Below are positions 27,906-36,498 of a stretch of DNA of 64,000 bases, one piece after another. A program made the position numbers and the translations under genes. The DNA is from a virus. The stretch covers positions 1 to 64,000 of the IMG/VR virus record IMGVR_UViG_3300012979_000037; one strand, 5' to 3'. The notes below the pieces were generated by a model. It had not been told where the DNA came from, did no database searches, and worked only from the letters and a program-made list of their open reading frames with translations. How positions within the stretch are numbered: the stretch's first letter is position 1; every line of letters begins with the position of its first letter.

Positions 27906-28375
27906 AAGTAATATACTAATGGGTCTTTTTTTGATTTATTTAAATTATATTTTTTAGCTATTGTATGTATCCAATCATTATAATATCTTTCATCTTTAAA
28001 TCCATAATAAAGGTAATCTTCCATAAAAGGTTCACTAAAAAATATAACCATTTTTTGATCTCCTGGAAGTCCATAAACATCGTCATTTTTAGACCATAAA
28101 TCCCCATGTCTCAATATTATTAGTGGATCAAAATCACTGTGTTGAATTCGCAACTTAATACCATTAGATTGTGTAATTATTTCAATAGGGCGTTTTGATT
28201 TAATTGTTTTAATAAATTTATCAAATAATTTTTCAATTTCCTGCTTATGGTCTATTAAATTAGCTTCATTACTCATTAAATTAGCTAAAGTAATAAATGG
28301 ATTTTTAGAATCCTTAATAGCATTACCTATTAAAGTATCCTCATCATCTAATATAGATTCATATAAACTTTTCAT
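27902..28375 (-). CDS. ILDDE-leader family protein (MKSLYESILDDEDTLIGNAIKDSKNPF)
   Basis: Family leader; first gene of the minus-strand array. Confidence 0.6.
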   Translation of the reverse strand: MKSLYESILDDEDTLIGNAIKDSKNPFITLANLMSNEANLIDHKQEIEKLFDKFIKTIKSKRPIEIITQSNGIKLRIQHSDFDPLIILRHGDLWSKNDDVYGLPGDQKMVIFFSEPFMEDYLYYGFKDERYYNDWIHTIAKKYNLNKSKKDPLVYYL

Positions 28376-28389
28376 ATTATTTATAATAA

Positions 28390-28420
28390 AAAAGAAAAGA
28401 GGTTCAATTAAGAACCTCTT
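28390..28420 (-). terminator. rho-independent terminator for the upstream minus-strand unit
   Basis: Hairpin aagaggttc-aattaa-gaacctctt with a flanking T/A run; overlaps the stop of 28420..28737. Confidence 0.45.
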
Positions 28421-28737
28421 TAAAATTTTGGCATATTCATACTTGGCATTTTAGGTATTGAAGGATTCATCATTTTATTCATATTTGAGGGATTTGCCAT
28501 CTTTTTATATGAATTAATATCATACTTATCCATTTCATCCTTTTGTTTCTTATTTTCCTCTTTAACAACCTCATTGAGTGTCTTCATAAACATCTCATAT
28601 TCCCACATTGGCATTTTATCAATCTCGGAAGGTTGTATGTGAAAGTTCTTAGCCAAGTGAACCTTATTTGTAACTAAATTCTCTATATTGATCATCCATA
28701 AACTAATTATAGCCTTTTCAATATATGAATTGTCCAT
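28420..28737 (-). CDS. hypothetical protein (track 28420..28836; Met after the upstream stop chosen)
   Basis: Internal start MDNSYIEK lies directly after the stop of 28742..29809; Met/Asn/Pro-rich C-terminus. Confidence 0.4.
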   Translation of the reverse strand: MDNSYIEKAIISLWMINIENLVTNKVHLAKNFHIQPSEIDKMPMWEYEMFMKTLNEVVKEENKKQKDEMDKYDINSYKKMANPSNMNKMMNPSIPKMPSMNMPKF

Positions 28738-28741
28738 TCTA

Positions 28742-29809
28742 TCATCTTGATCCGAACTTCTTGGCTTTAGTAGCGACGTTAAAGATTGCTTTGATACCGT
28801 TCGGAAATTGAACGTTACTTGTGACCTCCGCACCACAATGAGGACAAGTTTGTCTCAATTTTTCACTTGGATTGATAGTGATGTTTCTTACAACATCATT
28901 CATAAATGAGAACATATCCACACTCCAAGCTTTATACTCTTTATAAATCTTTTGAATTTGACGATCTAACATTTGAGCATCCTTTGAAGCTTTTGGTAAC
29001 ATCCAAACTAAATAAGTAATAAATGTCTCATCAATTTTACCTCCAGCACGAACCTTTGCAGTAGCCCAATCAATAATTGCTTGATCTTTTCCAATTGTAG
29101 GAGTATAGAGTGTAATTACTGGATCATCCAAATCATAATCGCTTGGATCAATCACCCAATTTTCACCATTCCAATAATTTTCAATTAAGTCCTCATCAGG
29201 AAATTCATAAAAGAGATTTTCACTACGAAGTGTATACATCAACTCCTCATCACACTCTGAACAAGTATCTTCAAATTCAATTTTTTGTTCTCCGGTTACA
29301 AAGGTTAACTCGCGAATCTTTAATGTAAACCAAAAACGATCCCAAGAATTAATATTTTGCCAACTTACACTACTTGTAGGAGTTTGAATTTTTACACAAG
29401 TTCTAATAATATCATTAAATACATTATTTACAATATCAGGACGCTCTTCATCAATTGCTGTCCAATTCTTAATAGCTTGTACTGTGGCTGGACGCACGTA
29501 GAAAGTCCAATCTTCTGGATAGAATTGAGAACGAATACCCATCTCTTCACGATCAATTGGCATCCAACCCTCACTAATACTTGTAATACTTTGTTCCTCT
29601 TCTCTTGCTGCAGAACCTACAATTGAAAGTTTGCGCGACTTATTGAGAAACTCTTGCATTTCTTGACGTTCTTGATCAGTCAATTGTTCCTCCTTTGTCT
29701 TTCCATAACGTTCCAATTTTCCTAATGACTTAGGTTGTTCTTCTTGAATTACTCCCATATCTCCAATTTGAGACTCTAGAGTACTGTAATCTTGTGTGTC
29801 TTTTTTCAT
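28742..29809 (-). CDS. hypothetical protein with C-terminal zinc ribbon, divergent from the terminase gene
   Basis: 355-aa acidic protein; motifs CSECDEE...CPHCGAEV. Confidence 0.5.
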   Translation of the reverse strand: MKKDTQDYSTLESQIGDMGVIQEEQPKSLGKLERYGKTKEEQLTDQERQEMQEFLNKSRKLSIVGSAAREEEQSITSISEGWMPIDREEMGIRSQFYPEDWTFYVRPATVQAIKNWTAIDEERPDIVNNVFNDIIRTCVKIQTPTSSVSWQNINSWDRFWFTLKIRELTFVTGEQKIEFEDTCSECDEELMYTLRSENLFYEFPDEDLIENYWNGENWVIDPSDYDLDDPVITLYTPTIGKDQAIIDWATAKVRAGGKIDETFITYLVWMLPKASKDAQMLDRQIQKIYKEYKAWSVDMFSFMNDVVRNITINPSEKLRQTCPHCGAEVTSNVQFPNGIKAIFNVATKAKKFGSR

Positions 29810-29923
29810 TTTTATAAAACGTTTTATTTTTATGAATAATATATAATAGAGTCTAATTTTTTAAAGGTTTTTATTGAAAAAATATTCAAAATTTATATTA
29901 TATAGATAATTAAATCAATATAA

Positions 29924-30523
29924 ATGAGTGAATTTAATCCTATTAAACAAGATAAAGATGGAGTAGTAGCGAAAAGAGTTGTGTGGACTACTAAATCTAT
30001 TGAAGCCGCAATTAAAGGACTTGTAGAGGGTCGAAAGTTAGTGGCTAATCCATTTTATGAATATAATACAAAACTATTAAAAGGAGAGTTGGTATTTAAA
30101 AGAACTCAGGAGGAAATTGATGAGTTTAGAAAATGTATGAACAATGTTGTTTACTTTGCTGAAACTCATTGTCAATTGATGACTCCGGAAGGTATTCAAC
30201 ATATTAAACTTCGTGATTACCAAATTAAATATTTGAAGCATTTGGAAAATAATAGGTTGAGTATTTATAGGGCTTGTAGGCAGTGCGCGAAGTGTGTGAT
30301 TCCTATTGAGTTAGTAAGAATTAAAGTAAAAGACGAGTTATTTGTCGGCAAGTTAAAAAAAGAGGATTGGAATAATTATTATATAAATGATAATATTTAT
30401 GAATTACCTCTATTTGAAGTTATGAATTTATATAAAACTGGATGGAGATGGTTTGTAAAATACCAACTATATAAATTAATCTACAAAATTAACCAGTATA
30501 ATGAAAGACGGAAGAAAAAATAG
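29924..30523 (+). CDS. terL: terminase large subunit N-terminal fragment (N-extein through the Walker A Lys) plus intein N-fragment
   Basis: NVVYFAETHCQLMTPEGIQHIKLRDYQIKYLKHLENNRLSIYRACRQCAK aligns with T4 gp17 [51 protein letters not shown]. It then continues from a Cys into about 76 aa of non-terminase sequence (CVIPIELVRIKVKDE...). Confidence 0.65.
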   Translation: MSEFNPIKQDKDGVVAKRVVWTTKSIEAAIKGLVEGRKLVANPFYEYNTKLLKGELVFKRTQEEIDEFRKCMNNVVYFAETHCQLMTPEGIQHIKLRDYQIKYLKHLENNRLSIYRACRQCAKCVIPIELVRIKVKDELFVGKLKKEDWNNYYINDNIYELPLFEVMNLYKTGWRWFVKYQLYKLIYKINQYNERRKKK

Positions 30524-31619
30524 AAAAATACCTAAAGAAAATCAATGGAAAAATCTTGAATTTTATATTAAAAGAAATCCTGATAAAACGTTAGAAGAAT
30601 GTAAATTAATTTGGCAACAAACTCTATTAAAATCAAAACAATCAAAACGAACTAATATTGAATATTGGAAGACTAAATATCCAAACTACACTGAAGAGCA
30701 AATAAATAAAGTTTTTACTCAATATAAAAGAGAAAATTGTTTTCAATGTATAGAATATTGGATTAAAAGAAATCCTGATAAAACGTTAGAAGAATGTCAA
30801 GAATTGCTTACCCAAGCAAAACAATCGTATATAAAAAAAAGACCAAATAATCGAGGTAAAAATAATCCGGGTCATAAATCAAAAACTACACTTCAACAAA
30901 GAAGAGAACGTTCAGCAAGCTGTATTGAATTCTGGAGAAAAAAATATCCAAACTCTACTGAAGATGAATTGAAAAAATATTTAGAAAATCATTTAATTAA
31001 GCTTAAACAATCTCATACTCCAGAAAATACAATAACTCGAATCGAATATTGGCTATCTAGAGGTTATGATGAAGAAAACGCTTATTTAAAAATGAAAGAA
31101 GAGCACTATAAAAGATCATTTACTTTAGAAAAATGCATTAAAAAATATGGAGAAGAAAAAGGAATAGAAGTTTTTAATAAAAGACAGGAAAAATGGAAAA
31201 AATCCTTATATAAAAATTTTGAAAAATATGGAGATGGAAGAAGTTCTCAAAGTGAATTCGCTCATACTATCATATGTCAAATTTGCGATTATTTAAACCT
31301 AAATGTAAATGATTTTACTAAAGAAAAATGGCTTACCGATAAAAGTACAAATAGACATTATTCTTACGATTTTACTTATAATAAAAAAATCATAGAATTT
31401 AATGGAGATTATTGGCACGCGAATCCAGATTTATATGACGAAACCTTTTTTAATGTACGTAAAAATATGACCGCTGAAGAAATTTGGTTGTATGATAAAC
31501 AAAAAATACAATGCGCTAATAAAAACGGATATAAAACCCATATTGTGTGGGAAAATAATTGGAATAACAATAAAGAATTTGAATTACAAAAATGTATTGA
31601 TTTTTTAACAAATGATTAA
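30501..31619 (+). CDS. free-standing homing-endonuclease-like protein with 5 N-terminal helical repeats and a C-terminal Vsr/DUF559-type PD-(D/E)xK nuclease domain
   Basis: Repeats IEYW(K/I/R/L)..(Y/N)P(N/D)...E(E/D) occur five times. C-terminus FNGDYWHANPDLY...EEIWLYDKQKIQCANKNGYKTHIVWENNW. Lies between the two terminase fragments in a third reading frame. Confidence 0.55.
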   Translation: MKDGRKNRKIPKENQWKNLEFYIKRNPDKTLEECKLIWQQTLLKSKQSKRTNIEYWKTKYPNYTEEQINKVFTQYKRENCFQCIEYWIKRNPDKTLEECQELLTQAKQSYIKKRPNNRGKNNPGHKSKTTLQQRRERSASCIEFWRKKYPNSTEDELKKYLENHLIKLKQSHTPENTITRIEYWLSRGYDEENAYLKMKEEHYKRSFTLEKCIKKYGEEKGIEVFNKRQEKWKKSLYKNFEKYGDGRSSQSEFAHTIICQICDYLNLNVNDFTKEKWLTDKSTNRHYSYDFTYNKKIIEFNGDYWHANPDLYDETFFNVRKNMTAEEIWLYDKQKIQCANKNGYKTHIVWENNWNNNKEFELQKCIDFLTND

Positions 31620-33465
31620 TTTTTTATTAAATATTATCTATAAAATTGTTGAGTTTTTAGATAAACAAAATGAGCAAGAAGATAAAATAGTATGGTCTCA
31701 TATACTCAATGGAGTAGAAGTCTATTCAAAATCAGGTTGGGTACCTGCGACATATATTCATGAAACTAAACCATTTATAGTATATAAGATAACTACTAAA
31801 AATGGTCTTCATTTAGATTGCGCTGATGATCATTTAGTTTTTGATGAAAATATGAATACTATTTTAGTAAAAGATTTAAAAATAGGAAGTAATATTCAAA
31901 CAGAATTTGGTTTAGATAAAATAGTAAATATTGAAAAGGTAGATATAAAAATATCAATGTGCGACTTATCAGTATTAGAAGAAGATGAAAGTTATTATAC
32001 AAATCATATATTATCCCATAATACTACTACTTCAGCTATATTCCTCTTACATTACGCTCTTTTTAATACCGATAAAAACACATTAGTTTTGGGGAATAAA
32101 CGCAAAACAGCTGTCGAGATATTAGATAAAATTAAGAAGATTTATTTAGAGATTCCTTACTATCTCAAACCGGGTATTTTAAAATGGAATGAAAGTGAAA
32201 TCGTCTTCGATAATGGATGTAGAGTAATGGCTGAAGCTACTACAATCAACTCAGGTATTTCATTTACCTTTCACTGCGTACTAGCAGACGAGTTCGCTCA
32301 CGTACCACCAAACATTCTTGATAAGTTCTATAATAACCTATTCCCTACTATTACCGCAGGTAGAGCTCGTTTTATCATTACATCAACCCCACTGGATTAT
32401 AATTTGTTTTATAGATTATATAAAGCAGCGGAAGCCGGAGAAAACGACTATGCTCCATTTAGTACAGATTGGTGGGAAGTACCTGAGTGGAATCCCGATA
32501 AACGTTGTTGGGAGAAGAGAGATGAAGAATGGCATCAACGTCAAATAGCCAACTATGGTAGTGAGGAAGCTTTTAATAAGCAATTTGGTGCTTCATTTGA
32601 TGTTAATGCAAATACCTTAGTGAAAGTTAAAAAGATTAAAGAAATGAGAGAAAGAGCTGTGGAGTTTATAAATAAAGATATATATGGAGTCTCTCATAGT
32701 GAGTTCTTCTCTTGGGATCCCACTTATGATCCTATGGAAGATCTAAAAAAAGACCACATAATTATTACTTGTGACTTAGCTGAGGGTGGTGGAAATGATT
32801 ATACTGTATTCATTTTTAATAAGTTACAAAAAGATGATACTATGAAAACCATTGGAATGTTTAGATGTAATAGTTTAGGTTTGGATGTAACATCAAAAAT
32901 ATTACAGGAGATATGTTGTAAATGGTGTAATTTTGATAGATTATTAGTAAGTATTGAATTAAATATGTATGGCGAGTTATTCAGTAAAATGTTATTTACA
33001 AATAGGGATACATATAATGATTTAGCTAATTTTGATGAAACTTGTTTAGTTAAGTATTATAATAAAGAAGGTAATAAGTTTACATATGGTATTAAATTGA
33101 ACTCTGGTAACAAATCAATGGGTTGTAAGTTGTTTAAAGAGAAAGTAGAAAAGGATATAGTATCAAACTTATCAACAACATTCTTAATGGAGTTGGAAAA
33201 CTTTAGTGATAATAAGGGTAATGATACATACCAAGCAACATTTGGACACGATGATGTTGTAATGGCTCAAATGCAAATTGTATTTGTTTTACAAACACCT
33301 CAATATAAATTTTTATTAGAAGATTTACAATCTGGATTATCTTCCACCCAAAAAGATTTTTATAATCCTTACCAAGATTTTTATGATCAAAATTCTTATT
33401 ATAATAATGATATATTTAATGAAGTATATAGTGAAAGTCATATAAGAAGATTAAATAGATTTTAA
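31612..33465 (+). CDS. terL: intein C-fragment (Hint blocks B, F, G ending ILSHN) fused to the terminase large subunit C-extein (ATPase remainder plus nuclease)
   Basis: Residues 1-137 contain GLHLDCADDHLVF (block B TxxH-like) and MCDLSVLEEDESYYTNHILSHN (blocks F/G, terminal HN). From T138, TTTSAIFLLHYALFNTDKN...CVLADEFAHV...GHDDVVMA aligns with T4 gp17 (GK)TTVVAIFLAHFVCFNKDK...IYIDECAF...YHDDLVMS. Confidence 0.7.
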   Translation: MINFLLNIIYKIVEFLDKQNEQEDKIVWSHILNGVEVYSKSGWVPATYIHETKPFIVYKITTKNGLHLDCADDHLVFDENMNTILVKDLKIGSNIQTEFGLDKIVNIEKVDIKISMCDLSVLEEDESYYTNHILSHNTTTSAIFLLHYALFNTDKNTLVLGNKRKTAVEILDKIKKIYLEIPYYLKPGILKWNESEIVFDNGCRVMAEATTINSGISFTFHCVLADEFAHVPPNILDKFYNNLFPTITAGRARFIITSTPLDYNLFYRLYKAAEAGENDYAPFSTDWWEVPEWNPDKRCWEKRDEEWHQRQIANYGSEEAFNKQFGASFDVNANTLVKVKKIKEMRERAVEFINKDIYGVSHSEFFSWDPTYDPMEDLKKDHIIITCDLAEGGGNDYTVFIFNKLQKDDTMKTIGMFRCNSLGLDVTSKILQEICCKWCNFDRLLVSIELNMYGELFSKMLFTNRDTYNDLANFDETCLVKYYNKEGNKFTYGIKLNSGNKSMGCKLFKEKVEKDIVSNLSTTFLMELENFSDNKGNDTYQATFGHDDVVMAQMQIVFVLQTPQYKFLLEDLQSGLSSTQKDFYNPYQDFYDQNSYYNNDIFNEVYSESHIRRLNRF

Positions 33466-33471
33466 TAAGGT

Positions 33472-34140
33472 ATGGAAGAAAGACAAGAAGAATTAAAGTT
33501 ACAAAATAAACGTAATGTAGGTAAATATGTAACCTTAAATAAAGGTCAAAAACCTAAAAAGGATTATAGTTTAATTAAAGATATTAGGGAGCAAAAACTT
33601 CACAAAGCCAATGTTGAAGTAAGAGATAAGGTTGCTAGAAAATATCTTACAGAGAACTATGATAGAAAAGGTCAATCATCTATCGTTCCAGGTCAATTAG
33701 TAATGTTCAATTACTTTAACCCTATTACAAAAGAGGACTTGGAATATTATGATGCAATGCCTTGTACAATATTCTTTGGAATTCACAACACAGAAAAAGG
33801 AAAGAGAATTATTGGATTTAATATACACTATTATCCTCCAAAGATTCGTTATCAAGTAATGAATCGTATATTTGAAATCTTTCGTCCTTTTTATATGAAA
33901 TCATTTAATTCTCCAATTAAATCTACAATGGAGCACTTTGAATACAATTGGTTAATGAAACAATTAGAAGAAGCTAAATTAGACTTTGGTGTACGTCAAT
34001 ACGATCCTTCACTATGTGGAAAGATAATTCCTATTCCTACGGAGGCTTGGGCCAAGGCAGTATTCACAGAAGGACATTTTAAAAAGAGTACAAGAGAAAA
34101 AATAATGAAATATTGGAAAGAAAGACTCCAGAAAACATAA
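33472..34140 (+). CDS. hypothetical protein
   Basis: 222-aa basic protein immediately after the terminase. Confidence 0.5.
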   Translation: MEERQEELKLQNKRNVGKYVTLNKGQKPKKDYSLIKDIREQKLHKANVEVRDKVARKYLTENYDRKGQSSIVPGQLVMFNYFNPITKEDLEYYDAMPCTIFFGIHNTEKGKRIIGFNIHYYPPKIRYQVMNRIFEIFRPFYMKSFNSPIKSTMEHFEYNWLMKQLEEAKLDFGVRQYDPSLCGKIIPIPTEAWAKAVFTEGHFKKSTREKIMKYWKERLQKT

Positions 34141-34170
34141 AAGTTTTTTGGGGTTTTTTATATATTATAA
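34139..34170 (+). promoter_or_regulatory. Recurrent promoter-like motif
   Basis: Sequence taaaagttttttggggttttttatatattataat ends at ATG 34172. Confidence 0.4.
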
Positions 34171-34171
34171 T

Positions 34172-34606
34172 ATGAGTATATTAGATGATGAAAATATTGT
34201 AGTAGAAAGTATTAAAAGAGATATCAATAATCCTTTTTTAACGCTAAGTGAATATTTAAAGGATTTTGATATAGAGGGATTTATGGAAGTAGATAAAGAA
34301 CTTGTAAAAAGAGTTTTATCTCAACTAAACCCTCCAGTACTATACGAGTATAAATTTAATTTTGAGTTTAAGGCAGACTGTATAAAATTAAATCTTTTAA
34401 ATTCAAATGATAGATTCATATGTAACGTTTTACTCATTAAAAAATTTTTTCATTGGACTGACGAAAGTATCTGGTTATATTTCGCTCTTAATATAAATTC
34501 TAATTTACGATTATTTGATAGAGATGATATTACTTTTCAAAATTTTATAAAAAGACTCGACACCACATATAATTTTAGAGAAGGTAATTTAAAATTTAAA
34601 CAATAA
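34172..34606 (+). CDS. ILDDE-leader family protein, short-leader form (MSILDDENIVVESIKRDINNPF)
   Basis: Track ORF 34148; the Met at 34172 gives the family-type start. Confidence 0.55.
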   Translation: MSILDDENIVVESIKRDINNPFLTLSEYLKDFDIEGFMEVDKELVKRVLSQLNPPVLYEYKFNFEFKADCIKLNLLNSNDRFICNVLLIKKFFHWTDESIWLYFALNINSNLRLFDRDDITFQNFIKRLDTTYNFREGNLKFKQ

Positions 34607-35052
34607 TGAATAAACTTTATAAATCCATATTAGATGATGAAGATGCTTTAATAGGTGATGCTATTAAGGAATCTAAAAATCCATTCCTTACTATTAAAAA
34701 TAACTATATTAAAAGAGGTAATAAATTTAGCATAGAAGATTTAGAAGTATTAGATAAAAAGGTATTTACATATAAATATTCAAAGTATAAATATAAAAAA
34801 TATGTAAATTTTAAAAAAGAGTATGATGAAGGAAACCATATAATAAAACCTAAATATAAATGGAGATATACAGACTCTTACATAAATTTATTGGATTCCA
34901 ATGATATAGACTTACTATTTATATTCTTTACAGATGCTGGTACATTAAATATTTATATTGAAAACTGTAACAATGATTGGATTGATTTTCGATCACATAT
35001 AATTGATAAATATAATTTAACTCTAGACGTGCATAATTATTATATAATATAA
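34606..35052 (+). CDS. ILDDE-leader family protein (MNKLYKSILDDEDALIGDAIKESKNPF)
   Basis: Family leader on the + strand. Confidence 0.6.
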   Translation: MNKLYKSILDDEDALIGDAIKESKNPFLTIKNNYIKRGNKFSIEDLEVLDKKVFTYKYSKYKYKKYVNFKKEYDEGNHIIKPKYKWRYTDSYINLLDSNDIDLLFIFFTDAGTLNIYIENCNNDWIDFRSHIIDKYNLTLDVHNYYII

Positions 35053-35118
35053 ATTATCATTTAATAAAAGATCTCTTGTTAGATCAAAGAAAAACTATAT
35101 TTAAACAAAAGTTATAAT

Positions 35119-35316
35119 ATGGCTCTAAAATTTACAAAAGAAGATATTGAAAATTTTACATTAGAAGTATGTAATAAATGTCATTGCAAAGATTCCTGCT
35201 ATCAAATGAATCTCAGGAAGGAAGCTTGTGGTAAATTCTTTAATTGGAAAATAGGTTATACCAGTTTTGTTATAGAAAATTGTAGGAAAAATTCAGATTC
35301 TCTAAATAAATCATAA
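35119..35316 (+). CDS. small Cys-rich protein
   Basis: Motif CNKCHCKDSCYQMNLRKEACGKFF. Confidence 0.4.
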   Translation: MALKFTKEDIENFTLEVCNKCHCKDSCYQMNLRKEACGKFFNWKIGYTSFVIENCRKNSDSLNKS

Positions 35317-35359
35317 ACATTCCTTATATTTATATATAAACTTTTAAATATTACAAGAA

Positions 35360-36124
35360 ATGAAAAATTTAGTATGTTTCGATGTTGAAACAACAGGACT
35401 AAGTCAAAAAGAAGATTTTATCATTCAACTTTCAATGGTTAAGTTGGATGAGCATTTACAAGAAATAGATTCTCGAAATTGGTATATTAAACCTGTACAT
35501 AATTACGAGATGAAACCTACAGCTATTGAAAAACACGGTATCACCAAGGAATTTTTGGAGAGTAATGGTGTAAATTTAAAGGATATTGCTGGTGAAATTA
35601 TTGAGTTCTTCGATAATTGCGACATTCTCACATATAATGGTAATTCTTTTGATGTAGGATTTTTATATAAAGATCTCAAATTGGTGGGGGTAGACTTCGA
35701 TTTTTCCGATAGAACTTTTTATGATGCTTTTGTGCTTTACAAACAACTCTATCCAAGTACTTTGGAAGCTGTATATAAAAGATATACTGGAAAGGAGTTG
35801 GATAATGCTCACAATGCTTTAAATGATGTTCGAGCTACAATTGAAGTATTTAAGCATTTGAAACAAGATGCTCAAAAGGTTGGTGTTGAAGATTTGAGTA
35901 CAGGATTGATTTCACCAGAAAATTCTATAAAGAGTGTGGTAATAGATGGTAAAGAAAGTATTGTATTTTCTTTTGGTAAATATAAGGATGATGAATTTTT
36001 AAGTGTTTATAAAAAAGATCCTTCATATATTAAATGGTTTTTATCTAATGTAGCTAGTGAATACACATTTAATATATTGAAAAAGTATTGCGAGAAAAAC
36101 AAAACAACGGAGAAATCACAGTAA
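35360..36124 (+). CDS. DEDD-family 3'-5' exonuclease (DnaQ / pol III epsilon-like)
   Basis: Exo I motif CFDVETTGL; Exo III-like HNALNDVRAT. Confidence 0.6.
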   Translation: MKNLVCFDVETTGLSQKEDFIIQLSMVKLDEHLQEIDSRNWYIKPVHNYEMKPTAIEKHGITKEFLESNGVNLKDIAGEIIEFFDNCDILTYNGNSFDVGFLYKDLKLVGVDFDFSDRTFYDAFVLYKQLYPSTLEAVYKRYTGKELDNAHNALNDVRATIEVFKHLKQDAQKVGVEDLSTGLISPENSIKSVVIDGKESIVFSFGKYKDDEFLSVYKKDPSYIKWFLSNVASEYTFNILKKYCEKNKTTEKSQ

Positions 36125-36136
36125 AATTTCAATAAC

Positions 36137-36460
36137 ATGAAAACAATTTATAAATACACAATTAGTAATACACCAGATGTTATTTCTGGAGAAAATCTTG
36201 AATCTAAAATTTACGTACCTGTAGATTCTAAAATTCTATGTTGTAAGGTTCAAAATGGTACAGATGTATGTGTTTGGGTAGAACTTGATGGAGCTGATTG
36301 GGATGATGCCAAAATACCAATACAACGAATAACAATTAAGTTATTTGGAACTGGCTGGAATATGGATTGTCTTAAAGATAACGAATACGAATATCTGGAT
36401 TCAATATATATTGGAAAAGATGGATTGTTCGTTTATCATGTTTATGCGATTTATGAATAA
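36137..36460 (+). CDS. hypothetical protein
   Basis: 107-aa ORF. Confidence 0.5.
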   Translation: MKTIYKYTISNTPDVISGENLESKIYVPVDSKILCCKVQNGTDVCVWVELDGADWDDAKIPIQRITIKLFGTGWNMDCLKDNEYEYLDSIYIGKDGLFVYHVYAIYE

Positions 36461-36498
36461 TTGAAAAATAACGTTTAACTTTTTAATTTTAATTTTTA

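Noticed and set aside
29143-29626. Two + strand ORFs (29143..29328, 29357..29626) inside the minus-strand 28742..29809 gene
   Set aside because: They overlap a 355-aa ORF with good coding character on the opposite strand, and no start context.
32318-32548. 76-aa ORF in an alternative frame inside terL
   Set aside because: It lies within the conserved terminase ATPase coding region, where the gp17-like frame is unambiguous.
29810-33465. Alternative explanation of the interrupted terL as a group I intron carrying a homing-endonuclease ORF
   Set aside because: The downstream fragment encodes recognisable intein blocks B/F/G ending in HN followed by Thr exactly at the Walker A junction, and the upstream fragment continues from a Cys. 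A protein-level intein explains both, whereas an intron would not. RNA data would still be needed to exclude it completely.
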